Below the pieces are notes generated by a model. That model was given only the letters and a program-made list of their open reading frames with translations, was not told where the DNA came from and ran no database searches. The position numbers were made by a program, and so were the translations under genes. From Octopus sinensis (Eukaryota), in NCBI RefSeq assembly GCF_006345805.1, contig NC_043011.1:7626001-7690000 (forward strand): a DNA stretch of 64,000 bases, in the 5' to 3' direction. The first letter of the stretch is position 1, and each line of letters opens with the position of its first letter. Of the stretch, positions 36,410 to 48,256 are shown piece by piece.

Positions 36410-37480
36410 AGTGTTGGTGGTAGTGGTGGGAGGAGATGATAAGCATAGTAGTAGTAGTAGTAGTAGTAGCAGTAGTAGTAGTAGTAGTGGTGGTGGTGGT
36501 TGTTGCTATGGTACTGTTGCCCCAGGTCAGCTCTGAGTATACGTACAATGAAAGACCTTCCAACCGTGACCCCTCCAGCTCTGTCCTATGGGCAGAGATC
36601 TCACAACTACGTTATACACTGTATAGCTCTTTTCTAAGACAATCGTGTAACATTTGAGGGATGTTTAGCTGCTGTTTCTAACAGGTTGTTGGTAGTTGTG
36701 GTGATGGTTGTAATGGTAGGGATGGTGGTGGTTTTGATGGTAGTGGTGGTGGTGGTGACGGTACTGGTGATGGTGGAGGTGGTGACGTGGTGATGGTAGT
36801 TGTGGTGGCGGTAGTGGTGCTGATGGTAGTGGCGGCGGTGGTGTGGTGGCAGCGATGGTGCTGGTGGTAGTGGTAGTGGTAGCGGTGGTGGTGGTGGTGG
36901 TGGTGGTAGTGATAGTTGTGATAGCAGCGATGTGTGGTGGCGGCGGTGGTGACGATGGTGTTTTAAATGGCGATAGTACTGTTGCTGTTAGTGGTGGTGG
37001 TCATGGTCGTTATGGCAACAGGAGCGACAATGTCGCCAGCGATTCTTCTGGACATGGTATTGATGCTGGTAGTCGTAGTAGTAGTTGCAATGATAACGAT
37101 GGTGTTGTAGTTGTTGTTGTTGTTGGTGGTAGTGGTAGTGGTGGCGGTGGTGGTGGCGTTGCTGTTTTTTGCCTTTGTTTCTTTTTCTTCTTGGAGGCGG
37201 TGGTGTTGTCGGAGGTGAAGAAGAGGGAGGGGGTGATGGTGGTAGATTTAGTGTCGGTGGTGGTGGCCACCACCGTAATAACAGCGACGGACATTGATAG
37301 TGTCGGTCGTGATGGTGGCGGAGTTGGTGCTGGAGATGGCATTGTTGATAGTGTTGCTGTTGTTGTTGCCGTTCTTTTTTGTTGTTGGGGGTGACGGGGA
37401 GGGAGTGATGGTGGTGGTTGCGTTGGTGTTGTTGTTGTTGGCGGAGGTGGTGGTGATGGGCGGAGGTGTGAGAGTCAGGA
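36410..37480. repeat. ~1-kb degenerate (GGT)/(GTA)/(GTT) trinucleotide low-complexity tract, interrupted by a family G copy
   Basis: Direct inspection; source of poly-V/G/H/Q/P ORFs. Confidence 0.85.
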
Positions 37481-38049
37481 GTGCAGGGCTTGGACACGGT
37501 CAAGATGATAAACAATTACCAATGGACGGGACCCCTTTTCCCGTTGCCCCTCTTCCCCGAAAAAAAACAAAAAAAAACATAAATAATGCCAATATAGTCA
37601 TTTCACTTAGAAGTATCTCGAGAAGAAAGACGGAAAGAAGGAGAGAGTAAAAGAAATTAAGAAAAAACAAAGAAAGAAAAGGGCTGAAGGAAAGAAAGAA
37701 AGGAGAAGAGGAAGAGGAAGAAGAGGAGGAGGGGGAGGAAGAAGAAGAGGAAGAGCAGGAAGAGCAGTACAAGGTAGCAGATGGTCCCTGGATTTCACAG
37801 AAGGTCTCACAACATGCGAACACCAATTAGGTCGAGCAGGCCTTGAAACGAAGAAAGAAAAACCAACTATAAAAAAACAACAAAAGAAAGAATAAAGGGG
37901 GGGAAGAGGGGGTAGGTGGGGAATGGGAAGAGGTGGAGGTTATACAGAAGTATAAAACATCATTTTGTTACTGTTGCTGGCTTGTTTATGAATTTAGATA
38001 CATTATTGCAACAACAACAACAACAACAACAACAATGATAATAATAACA

Positions 38050-39820
38050 ATGGTTTCGAATTTTGGCACAAGTCCAGCAGGCTCGGGGGTGGGGTGGCGG
38101 GTAAGTCGATAAAATCGACCCCAGTGCTCGACTGGTACTTAATTTGTTGTGCCCGAAAGGTTGAAAAGCAAAGTCGACCTCAGCGGAATTTGAACTCAGG
38201 ATGTAAAGACGGGCGAAATACTGCTAAGGCTTTCGCTCGGTGTGCTAACGATTCAACCAGCAATTTTTTTTTTGCTATAAGCTCAAGGCTTGAAATTTTG
38301 TGGGGGAGGTCAAGTACTGAGCATTGAGCTCAGTACTTGACTGGTACTTTGTTTTATCGACCCCGAAAGAATAAAAGGCAAAGTTGACCTCAACGGGATT
38401 TGAACTCAAAAACATTCTTCCGCCCCAGTGTCTTATAACTGGTTTTGATATTCATACAAGGCCTGTCGTTTAAGAGTTTGGTTATGATCGATTAAATCGA
38501 TTCCAATATCTGAAGGATACTATGGCCGCAAGCTAGCAGAGTTGTTAGCACGCCGGACGAAATGCTTAGCGACATTTCATCCGTCTTTACGTTCTGTGTT
38601 CAAATTCCGTCGAGGCCGACTTTACCTTTCATCTTTTCGGGGTCGATAAAGTAAGGACCAGTTGTGTACTGGGGGCCGATGAAATCGATTTAACCCCTCC
38701 CTCGAAATTGCTGGCCTTGTGTCAAAATTTGAAAACGATATTTGACGGAGACTACTTTATTTTATCAAATCCAAGACAGATCAGCATTTCAGGTCGACCT
38801 CGGGAGGGTTTGAACTCAGAACCATAAGGCATAAAACCTTAATTCATTTCGTCTGAAATTTTGGAGGGAGTGGGTAGTCGATTACATCGACCTCAGTATG
38901 CAGCTGGTACTTATTTCATCGACCTTGGCGGAATTTGAACTTAGAACGTAAAGACGGACGAAAAGCTCTATCGATTCTGCTAATTCGCCATTCTTTTTGT
39001 ATAAACATTTTTAGTGGCCCCGAAAGAATAAAAGGCAAAGTTGACCTCAACGGGATTTGAACTCAAAAATATTCTTCCACCCCAGTGTCTTATAACTGGT
39101 TTTGACATTCATACAAGGCCTGTCATTTAAGGCTTTGATTAAATCGATTCCAATATTTGACGGATACTATGGCAGCAAGAGTTGTTAGCACGCCGGACGA
39201 AATGCTTAGCGACATTTCGTCCGTCTTTACGGTCTGTGCTCAAATTCCACTCAAGGCCCAAAAATTTTGGGGAGGGGTCCAGTCGATTAGATCGATCCCA
39301 GTAGGCAACTGGTACTTAATTTATCGACCCCGAAAGGATGAAAGGCAAAGTCGACCTCGGCGGAATTTGAATTCAGAACGTAAAGACAGACGATATACCA
39401 CTAAACATTTCTCCGGCGTGCTAACGTTTCAGCCAGCTCGCCGCGTTAAATATTACATTCTTTTCTACTCTAGGCGCAAAGCCCGAAATTTTGGGAGGGG
39501 ACCAATCGATTAGATGGACCCCAGTACGCAACTGGTGCTTAATTTATCAACCCCGAAAGGTTGAAAGGCAAAGTTCACCTCGGCGGAATTTGAACTCAGA
39601 ACGTAAAGACATACGAAATACCGGTAAGCATTTCATCCGGCGTGCTAACGTTTCTGCCTGCGGGGCATTGGAAAAATTGGTAGAGCAAAAGGCCTTGCGT
39701 TCTGAGATCAAATACCATCAAGATCAACTTTGCCTTTCATCCTTTCGGGGTCAATAAAATAAGTACCAGTTGAGTACTGGGGTCGATGTAATCAACTAAC
39801 TCCCCTCGGCGTTCTCAAAT
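38050..39820. mobile_element. Dense cluster of ~9 SINE family B copies/fragments in both orientations
   Basis: (-) 38050-38265, 38280-38410, 38745-38830, 38850-38990, 39250-39445, 39470-39665; (+) 38520-38740, 39170-39248, 39690-39820. Confidence 0.85.
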
Positions 39821-40438
39821 TAGAAAGAATCATTATAATTATGTGAAGGATTTTCTTGGCTTTCTCGAAGGTGAGCAAGTGATGTGTGTAAAATGAATTG
39901 CTTTCAACAGAGTGTGGAAACTGTGTCGCAGATTGGAAGCAATTTCCTTCAGTTCCCTTAGAAACGTTATGAACAACTCGAGTTCTTCATGCGTTCACAT
40001 GTTACCGAAATAGACTCTGCAGGTTCACACGACCTGCTAGTAATAGCAACTAAATCCTCTTAAAACACATACTGCTATTTTTAAAAAGAAGGATATATTG
40101 AATAATGTCATGCAATTTTAGACCCTTTATACTTCTAACCCTTATGTTCTAGAACCTTGACAAACCTTTTTACATCGTAACCCTGTCACCTACTCTTTTA
40201 GTTATCTGGTAGAATTCTCTGTCCCTTCATTTTCTCCTGTCTTTTCAGATCAGTCCCTTCGCTTTTGTTGCTCTTACTATCTCACGGTCCCACCACCAAG
40301 TTATCCTCGGTCTGGCTGAAACTTAGTCGCAGTCACAGATTTAGTCTATTGCTCTCAGTAGGAACTTCCAGTAATCCTCTATGTCATACGATACTAACTA
40401 TTCCATCCTCTTTGTTAAAATCGTTCTTTCTCTATATA

Positions 40439-40677
40439 CACTCGGTGGCCCAAAAGCAGGTTTACAATTATCACGTAGGCACTTTAAATTTCTTTTAAAA
40501 CCTTATATTACAATTAAATTTGTATCTTGCAAATTGAAAAGGGAGCTTGACAAAATTAACTAAATTAGCAAAGAATAATGGTTTCATATTCTTTTATAAT
40601 TAAGATCTAAACTGCTAATATATATCAATGCGAAAGAGAAAGTAGAATTACTGTAAACCTACTTTGGGGCCACCCTG
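40439..40677. mobile_element. Tc1/mariner-type MITE (239 bp)
   Basis: TA|cactcggtggcccaaaagcaggtttaca ... tgtaaacctactttggggccaccctg|TA; ~26-bp imperfect TIRs, TA TSD. Confidence 0.75.
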
Positions 40678-40681
40678 TATA

Positions 40682-40866
40682 TAGGCGCAGGCGTGGCTGT
40701 GTGGTAAGAAGCTTACTTCCCAAACCACATGGTTCCGGGTTCAGTCCCACTGCGTGGCACCTTGGGCGAGTGTCTTCTACTGTAGCCTCGGACCGACCAA
40801 AGCCCTGTGAGAGGATTTAGTAGACAGAAACTGAAAGAAGCCCATCGTGTATATATGTATAGGTAT

Positions 40867-40903
<37 letters not shown>

Positions 40904-41115
40904 CGTATGTATGTTTTTGTGTCTGTGTTTGTCCCCCACCATCGCTTGACAACCGATGTTGGTGTGGTTATGTCCTCGTAACATAGCGGTTCGGCAAAAG
41001 AGACCGGTAGAATAAATACTAAACTTTACAAAGAATAAATCCTGGGGTCGATTTCTTCGACCAAAGGTGGTGCTCCAGAATGGCTGCAGTCAACTGACTG
41101 AAACATGTAAAAGTG
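40682..41115 (+). mobile_element. SINE family A, full length
   Basis: Complete head, body and tail. Confidence 0.9.
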
Positions 41116-41123
41116 TAAAAAAG

Positions 41124-41155
<32 letters not shown>

Positions 41156-41417
41156 TGTATGTATGTGTGGGCATGTGCACGCGTGTGTCCCACCCATCGC
41201 CTGACAACCACTACTGGTTTGTTTACGTCCCCCGTAACTCAGCGTTTTCGGCAAAAGAGATCAACAGAATGAGTAGCAGACTTTAAAAAAATATGTATTG
41301 CGGTCAGTTTGTTCGACTTTAACTCTGTTAATTTTGCGCATGCGCTTTGTTTTTGACTTTGTCAACTGTACAGTATAGTAGAGTCAGTTGGGTACCGTCT
41401 GTGAGGAAAACAGCACC

Positions 41418-42203
41418 ATGACGCAATTCACTCTGCCAGAAATTTGGAAACGACATCCTATACTGCTTGACATTCGCACCGGAAGCTCCAATAGGAATAT
41501 TTCAGTGTATTTGGGTGTCAATCTGAGGACAGCGCAGAGGATTCGGAAAGATTTGGATAAGTCTAATGGTGATTCCGAAGGTACGGCAGCTCGGAGAACT
41601 CACTCTGATCGTTCTGATAAGAAAAGAACTCCTGAATTTGTTGGTGAGATCCAGGCCATGATTGACAACGATCCCTCCGAGGCAGTCAGGTCCATCACCA
41701 TGGACATGAGAGTGTCTGAGTTTCTTATCAGGCAGGTAGTGCGTGAAGACATTCGGTATTCTTCATACAAGATGAGGAAGAGCCAATTTTTATCCCAAGC
41801 TATCAAGAACAAGAGGAAAGGCCGCGCTACGAAGCTTTTGAACAAACTCGAGCTTCTATCCAACCGAACATGCTTTGGTTTTTCTCAGACGAGAAAAATT
41901 TCTGCCAGTATCAGATGGTGAACTCACAGAACAACCGCTGGCTTGTTGTGCCCCCAAAACATGTACCGGGAGTAATAAAAATCAAACATCCAGTCAACAT
42001 CATGGTGTTTGGAGTGGATCACTAGTGATGGCGACGTTAAACCTCCACTCATCTTCACACACGGCCTCAGACTCAACACGGTGACCAACATCAAGTGCCT
42101 GGAGGAGGTAATGCTGTCCTGGGTCAAGAGGGTGGCTGCTGGAAGACCCTGTGTCTGGCAACAGGATTCTGCACCACGCAACACAAGCAGAAGAACCCAG
42201 TGA
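41418..42203 (+). pseudogene. Frameshifted, 3'-truncated Tc1/mariner transposase (maT/DD37D-like)
   Basis: MTQFTLPEIWKR...HTH-like N-terminus; WFFSDEKNF (D at 41888), HPVNIMVFGV, WQQDSAP (D at 42165); frameshifts at ~41858 and ~42015; third catalytic residue lost at the SINE insertion; probable right end ...cacagcaccctg|TA at 42736. Confidence 0.85.
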
Positions 42204-42207
42204 CTAA

Positions 42208-42618
42208 ATTTACTCTTTTACTCTTTTATTCTTTTACTTGTTTCAGTCATTTGGCTGCGGCCATACTGGAGCACCGCCTTTAGTCGAGCAAATCGACCCC
42301 GGGACTTATTCTTTGTAAGCCCAGTACTTATCCTATCGGTCTCTTTTGCCGAACCGCTAAGTTACGGGGACGTAAACACACCAGCATCGGTTGTCAAGCT
42401 AGAGGGACAAACACAGACACACAAATACACACATACATACATATATACATATATACGACAAGCTTCTTTCTGTTTCCGTCTACCAAATCCACTCACAAGG
42501 CATTGGTCGGCCCGGGGCTATAGCAGAAGACACTTGCCCAAGATGCCACGCAGTGGGACTGAACCCGGAACTATGTGGTTGGTTAGCAAGCTACTTACCA
42601 CACAGCCACTCCTGCGCC
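42208..42618 (-). mobile_element. SINE family A, full length, inserted in the transposon
   Basis: Complete reverse-complement copy; same subfamily as 4506-4920. Confidence 0.9.
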
Positions 42619-43112
42619 ATGTTTAGTATTTCAAAATATTTTAATGTAATTTTGGTAAATATATCTGTAAAAATGAGTTGTCAGCGTTATTTTCATTTTT
42701 GCGTAATTTAGACAACAATTTATTCACAGCACCCTGTATATACACGCGCATGCGCGATGGACTTTCAGTTTCCGCCTGACAAATCCACTCACAAGGCGTT
42801 GATCGGCCCAATACTATAGCAGAATATATCCGTCCTGGGTGCCACGCAGTGGAACTGAACCTGGAACCGTGTAATTGAGGATCAAGCTTCTTACCATACA
42901 ACCATGCTTACGCATTAAAGAGAAACTGAGAGCAGAATTCCAAGGAGAATATTATGCAAGTTAAAGATAACAGTAGTTGAGGGGAGAGTGCGAGAGTGAG
43001 AGAGAGATAGAATGGGGGAGAAGGGGTCGGGGAGAGTGTGGAACACAGAGATTTGTGGATGAAGAGCGAAAGTGTGAAAGGAAGAGAGAGGGAAAGGAAC
43101 GATGAGAGAGGG

Positions 43113-43432
43113 AAAGGCTGAGGAAGAGAAAGGTTGAGGGAGAGAAGGGCTGAGGGAGAGAAAAGCTGGGGGAGGGAAAGGCTGAGGGAGAGAAAGGCTG
43201 AGGGAGAGAAAGACTGAGGGAGAGAAAGGCTGAGGGAGAGAAGGGTTGAGGGAGAGAAAGGCTGGGGGAGTGAAAGGCTGAGGGAGAGAAAGGCTGAGGG
43301 AGAGAAAGGCTGAGGGAGAGAAGGGCTGAGGGAGAGAAGGGTTGAGGGAGTGAAAGGCTGAGGGAGAGAAAGGCTGAGGGAGAGAAAGGCTGAGGGAGAG
43401 AAAGGCTGAGGGAGAGAAAGGCTGAGGGAGAG
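43113..43432. repeat. Polypurine minisatellite, 16-17 bp unit x ~19-20
   Basis: Consensus AGGCTGAGGGAGAGAA. Confidence 0.9.
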
Positions 43433-43519
43433 GTAAAGTCGGGGGAAAAGAGAGAGACTCGCTGTTAAGCGGGTCTGTCACGTGATCATATTTCTGTTGA
43501 TGTCGTTTCCCTTCAATAT

Positions 43520-44800
43520 TACTTGAACGGCTGCTCTTAGAAAAAGCTAGTAGGGGCAGCTCAATGTGCTAGAAATAGTAACCAAATAGCCCTCAAATCA
43601 CTCTTAATGTCTCGTAAAAAATAAATGAGGAAGGACACTGCTAATAAACAAAGTTTCCTTTGTTCGATTTAAAGACCGACTCTCACCGCCGCTGCCGTTA
43701 TGCGAATCACCACTACCACAACCACCGCCACCACCACCACCACCACCACAACCACCACCACCGCCGCCACCATCACCACCATCATGGAGTGGCCGGTTGT
43801 CATTAGACGCCATTCTCTTTCATCAAAAATGATTGCCTCATCAAGAAAGGTCATCCAAATTGAGAGACCCATGATAAGAGGCGCTACAGCCATGACCGTC
43901 CTACTGAGGGTTTTAGGTGAGGTATATATAGTTTTACATTATCCTCATACTTTTAGGTGTTTTACGACAGTAAAGTGTGATTTGAGGTAGATTTGGCTGC
44001 TATTTCTACCAGGCCATACAATCCTGTACCGGTTCATCAGTTTGGCAAGCATACCCTTGATCTTGCAGATTACTGGTCAAAGGCAATCCGGTCGTGACCA
44101 TGCCATTTGTTAGTTTATATATATATTTCATGCATTAAGGCGGCGAACCGTCCATCTTTACGTTCTAAGTTCAAATTCCGCCGAAGTAACTGCCTTTCGT
44201 CCTTTCTGGGTCGATAAAATAAATATCGTTGGACTACTGAGATCGATGTAATCGACTTTACCCCTTCTCCAAAATTCCAGGCCTTGCGTTTAGAGTAGAA
44301 AGTTTACATTTAATGTCAGGTGTGATTGGAAGGAGATTAGCTTGACTTTTCAAGCAAGACAAGTGACCCTTTAAGGGCTCTCTCTCTCTTGACAGAAATG
44401 ATATCGTTCAGTCCCAGGTCATCCTAGATTTTGTAGATTATTTGTCAAATGCACTCCGGCCGCGACCCTACCATCTATTATTTCATATATGATATATTTA
44501 AATTATCTAATGAATAGTATGCTTTGGGGGAGATTTGGCCGTTTTTTCTAGCAAACCATACGACCCTCTTGGAGGTCTCTCGTTGATTCGAGCAGAGATT
44601 GTATTGTTTAGCCCTCGGTCATCCTTAATTCAGCAGCTTATAACGAAAGACACTTCGGCCATGATCATACCATCTCTGTTTTCATAGTTTGTCTAGGTTT
44701 ACATTATTTAATGTTTTCCGTTTTAATTTTTTTGCCACAGAAAGGAGTTATTTAAGGGAGATTTGGCTGCCATTTCTACCATAGAGACCTTCTCATCCAC
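43520..44800. repeat. Several family G fragments plus one SINE B (44140-44310) and a (CCA)n tract
   Basis: Recurring gagatttggctgctatttctagc-like motif at ~43990, 44335, 44530, 44760. Confidence 0.65.
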
Positions 44801-45269
44801 TCTACTTCATTTCCCGCTACACCAGTATAAATAACAAACAGCACAGCTGATATTTATGTTGGTGTAGCGTGAGAGGAAGTAGAGACTGACAACCCAGATT
44901 AGACCTTCCATTTGCTTGATTTTATTGGCCAATCAGTTTACTGCAGAGTAAAACGAAGATGTCGAGCAGACTGGTGATGTTAGGTGTCGGCTGCAATTAG
45001 TTCATGGAAAAGTTTATAGGGAGGATTGAATCAGTCCAGTTGTGGGTTGGGTGGAGAACCTAACGTTTTGGGCTGATGCTCTTTGTCAAAGCGTTAAGAA
45101 AAGATAGTAATTGATGCGTATCTTTTTGGCTGCGTTCAAGTAAGTGATGATTGGAAGAGAGTGAAGAAATAATGTGTAAGGGAAGCAATGTAGGGAAATG
45201 ATCCAGACACAGATCGTAATTAGTCAAAACCAATCATAACACACCAATTCCTATTGGTCAACTGATACG

Positions 45270-45300
<31 letters not shown>

Positions 45301-45311
45301 ACACACACACA

Positions 45312-45345
<34 letters not shown>

Positions 45346-45439
45346 ACTATTTATTAAATTAATATTTATAACATCGTCCGTGTTATACAACTTTTCTTTT
45401 CAGTCAAACTCAGAACCACATCTGTTACGTATTCTTAGT

Positions 45440-46130
45440 TATTTTAACCAGCTTGGGCGCCTTCACGTGGTCGCTTGATGTGCTGGAAATAATAACTAAA
45501 TTCCCCTTCAATCATGCTAATAATTTTATGTTAACAAAATGGCAGCCAGAGTTATTGGATAATGCAGTTCTCCATTTATAGGTTTCTTTGGTTTTTAAAA
45601 CAGTAAAAAAAAAAATGAAAGGACACATTTGATAATGTAGTCCGAGATGCACTTTTTTCCGAAATAAAGATGGGACAGTCACGGTTGGAACATCGTTGAT
45701 CATAAATCTACTGAACCTTTAAAACATTCTGTCCGTTGTATAAAAAGAGAACGGCACATTGTGTAAGTACACACTTCATGGAATAAAGATGGGATGGTCG
45801 CAGTTGGACCGTCTTTGGTCATAAATCTGCTGGATCTTTAAAATTATCTGTCCATTGTAGATATATAAAAAGACCGGAAAGATGCAGTGGTTAATGTAGT
45901 CTTAGATACACTCCTCCTGAAATAAAGTTGGGATGGTCACGTACGGAATACTGTTCATCACAAGTCTACTGGAACTCTTGGAAATTTTAAACGGTCTCTA
46001 CCAGTAATTATATATAAAAAAAAAACGGAATATAAGGACACATGTTTTATAAAAAAACAGGATGGTCATGGTTAGATTGCTTTTGATCCCTGCTCTTCTC
46101 AATAAGATCTGACCTGGGGCTAAACCACAA
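45440..46130 (+). repeat. Family G copy with ~4 internal tandem units (120-140 bp)
   Basis: aataaagatgggatggtcac...gatcataaatct-like units at ~45663, 45782, 45922, 46050; ends gacctggggctaaaccacaa. Confidence 0.65.
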
Positions 46131-46634
46131 GAGCATCGTGAACAATAGCAAAAACATTTACTAATTTCTTTTTCTGAAAAAATTGGCTTTGAAGTCAACA
46201 TGAGTGAGATTGTATCAAATAGTATTTATTGATTTTTTCCCTTTTTGGTGGAGGGGAGGAGGAGGAGATGAAGTTTAAAAAATGTAAAAAAAAATATGGC
46301 CGATAGTGTGAAGAACGACAGATGTCGCTACATCGTCCCTTTCTGTATAACGACATGGTTTTGCAGAATATTCTCAATTTTAACAAGAAGATCGATATTT
46401 TTCTTTCGAATAAATATGAAGATTCTGCCAAAACAAGCATAACCACCATTATCATCATCAGCAACAATAATATCAATAACAAGGATTTAGTTAAATTCAA
46501 TAGGAAACGATATCCATATCCGTTTTCTCTCCAAGACAATACAATAAATTCCTGATTTTGTTCCAAATAGAAATATCCGACCAATTCGCAATTTCTCACG
46601 TAAATTAAATCTTACTGACAAACAGTCCTTCTTC

Positions 46635-46802
46635 CCATATCAAACCAGTTCCGTCTTCGCATATCAAACCGGTTCCGTCATTGCACATCAAATCGGTTTT
46701 TGCTCTGCATGTCAAACCGGTTCCGTGTTTGCATATCAAACCGGTTCCATCTTCACATATCAAACCAATTTCGTCTTTGCATATCAAACTGATTCCGTCT
46801 TG
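46635..46802. repeat. Minisatellite, 24-bp unit x7
   Basis: Consensus GCATATCAAACCGGTTCCGTCTTT; no indels. Confidence 0.9.
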
Positions 46803-47404
46803 TGCAGAAGTCAACTTTAAATGCCAAGCGGCCAAAGTAACTTCGGCCAGACGACAGATATTCTTTTGTACCTTGTTCAATCACCTAAGTTGTCATTTGA
46901 AGGTGAAAAAAAGGGGGTGGGGTGGAGAATATGTGCGTGGTGGGGGATAATTATAACTGAAGATAGAAAGTGTGTGAATTGATGCGTGATTTGGTGTCCT
47001 GGTTGGTTGGTTCGTATTGCTGTTGTTTGGTTTATATTGTCGTTAGTTTATAGGAACCGTTCATTACGTCTTAGAATGGTATTTTGAGAAAGAGGTGATG
47101 TTCATCGCGAAATTTCCGCCAACCACACAATCAAATTCATTCGCCATATTGACAATAATTAAGTTCTTATATACTATATTGATACATTTCTTTGGAAACG
47201 CACGTGCACACACGTTTGTTTAAGGTTATTTTTAAAGTGACCAAATAGAGCATCTCTCTCTCTTTAGGTACCATGTCCAGAATGTAAGAGAAAGGCGATC
47301 ATGTCCTGCCGTAATTCTCTATTCTTTGTTTTCTGTAACAATTTCACTTCCTGATATTTAATACCTCTTTAATGCCAGTTTAGCCAGCTTGACATTATCC
47401 TCCT

Positions 47405-47660
47405 CCTCCTCCTCTCCTCCTCTTCCTCGTGTTTCTTTTTCCTTCAGTCTTTTGTCATCACTAAAATCTCTAGGCCCTCTTTTCTTATCACATGATCAAA
47501 AAATCTCGGTTGCTTGGCCCTTATCTCATGAAGCAGTTTCCTATTTATCGCAACCCGGGTCATCACCTCTTCATCAGACACTTTGTCTTTCTATGGTTTC
47601 CTCAATATTCTCCTCAAGAACCACACTTCACAGTTCTCGAAGAACCTTCTCGTTTCCGAT
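47405..47660 (-). mobile_element. RTE-type LINE reverse-transcriptase C-terminal fragment
   Basis: Minus strand WFLRRILRKP*KDKVSDEEVMTRVAINRKLLHEIRAKQPRFFDHVIRKEGLEILVMT matches the RTE motif WFLRRILRIPWTDKVSNEEV...FFGHVIR. Confidence 0.8.
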
Positions 47661-47777
47661 GTTAAAGACTGTGCTTCGCTTCCGTACATTAACGCAGTAG
47701 AACCAAGACTATTTGAGTAAACCGTCAGGCGAGACAAAGTCCTTGTCATAAAGAAGTTTACAATTCACGCACGCACG

Positions 47778-47827
<50 letters not shown>

Positions 47828-47829
47828 TG

Positions 47830-47860
<31 letters not shown>

Positions 47861-47869
47861 CAAGCGAGA

Positions 47870-48165
47870 GGTACAACTAATTTTTGCCAGTGGAACTAGA
47901 GCAACGTGAAATAAAGTGTCTTGCTCAAGGACACAACGCGTCGCCGGGAATTAAACGCTCTATTCACTAAGCCACACGCCTGCACACGTAAGTGGCCGAG
48001 TATTCCAGGTATAATCCATTGAACAGGCTCAGTGTCAGTCACAAAGTAATGATCGACCCGAGGCTACGAAAACGAATCAGGAAATGACATTTGCACAAGA
48101 CGTAAGGCAGTGGGACCGAACCCAGGATCTCGTGAATGCAAAACAAACTTCTTAACCATTCAGCC
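47870..48165 (-). mobile_element. Diverged SINE E fragment (47870-47985) and SINE A head (48040-48165)
   Basis: gaaataaagtgtcttgctcaaggacacaac; gcagtgggaccgaacccagg. Confidence 0.6.
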
Positions 48166-48237
48166 TTTCTGCACTTACTACCACTAGTGTGTGTGTGTGT
48201 GTGTGTATCCTGGACAGAGACATTTTAATGTTGACAG

Positions 48238-48256
48238 CCACGCCATCTAGCGGCAA
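48238..48256 (-). promoter_or_regulatory. Candidate CTCF-binding site
   Basis: Minus strand TTGCCGCTAGATGGCGTGG fits CCRSYAGRKGGCR. Confidence 0.45.

Noticed and set aside
36843-37826. Long poly-Val/Gly/His/Gln/Pro ORFs (110-183 aa)
   Set aside because: Open on both strands and several frames because of (GGT)n low complexity; no splice or domain evidence
46605-46880. Cys-x7 repeat peptide (C-x-DGTGLI) on the minus strand
   Set aside because: 24-bp minisatellite; unit differences are mostly non-synonymous, with no sign of coding constraint
47562-47578. CTGATGAAG on the minus strand
   Set aside because: Codes S-D-E-E within the RTE RT fragment; no downstream stem-GAAA
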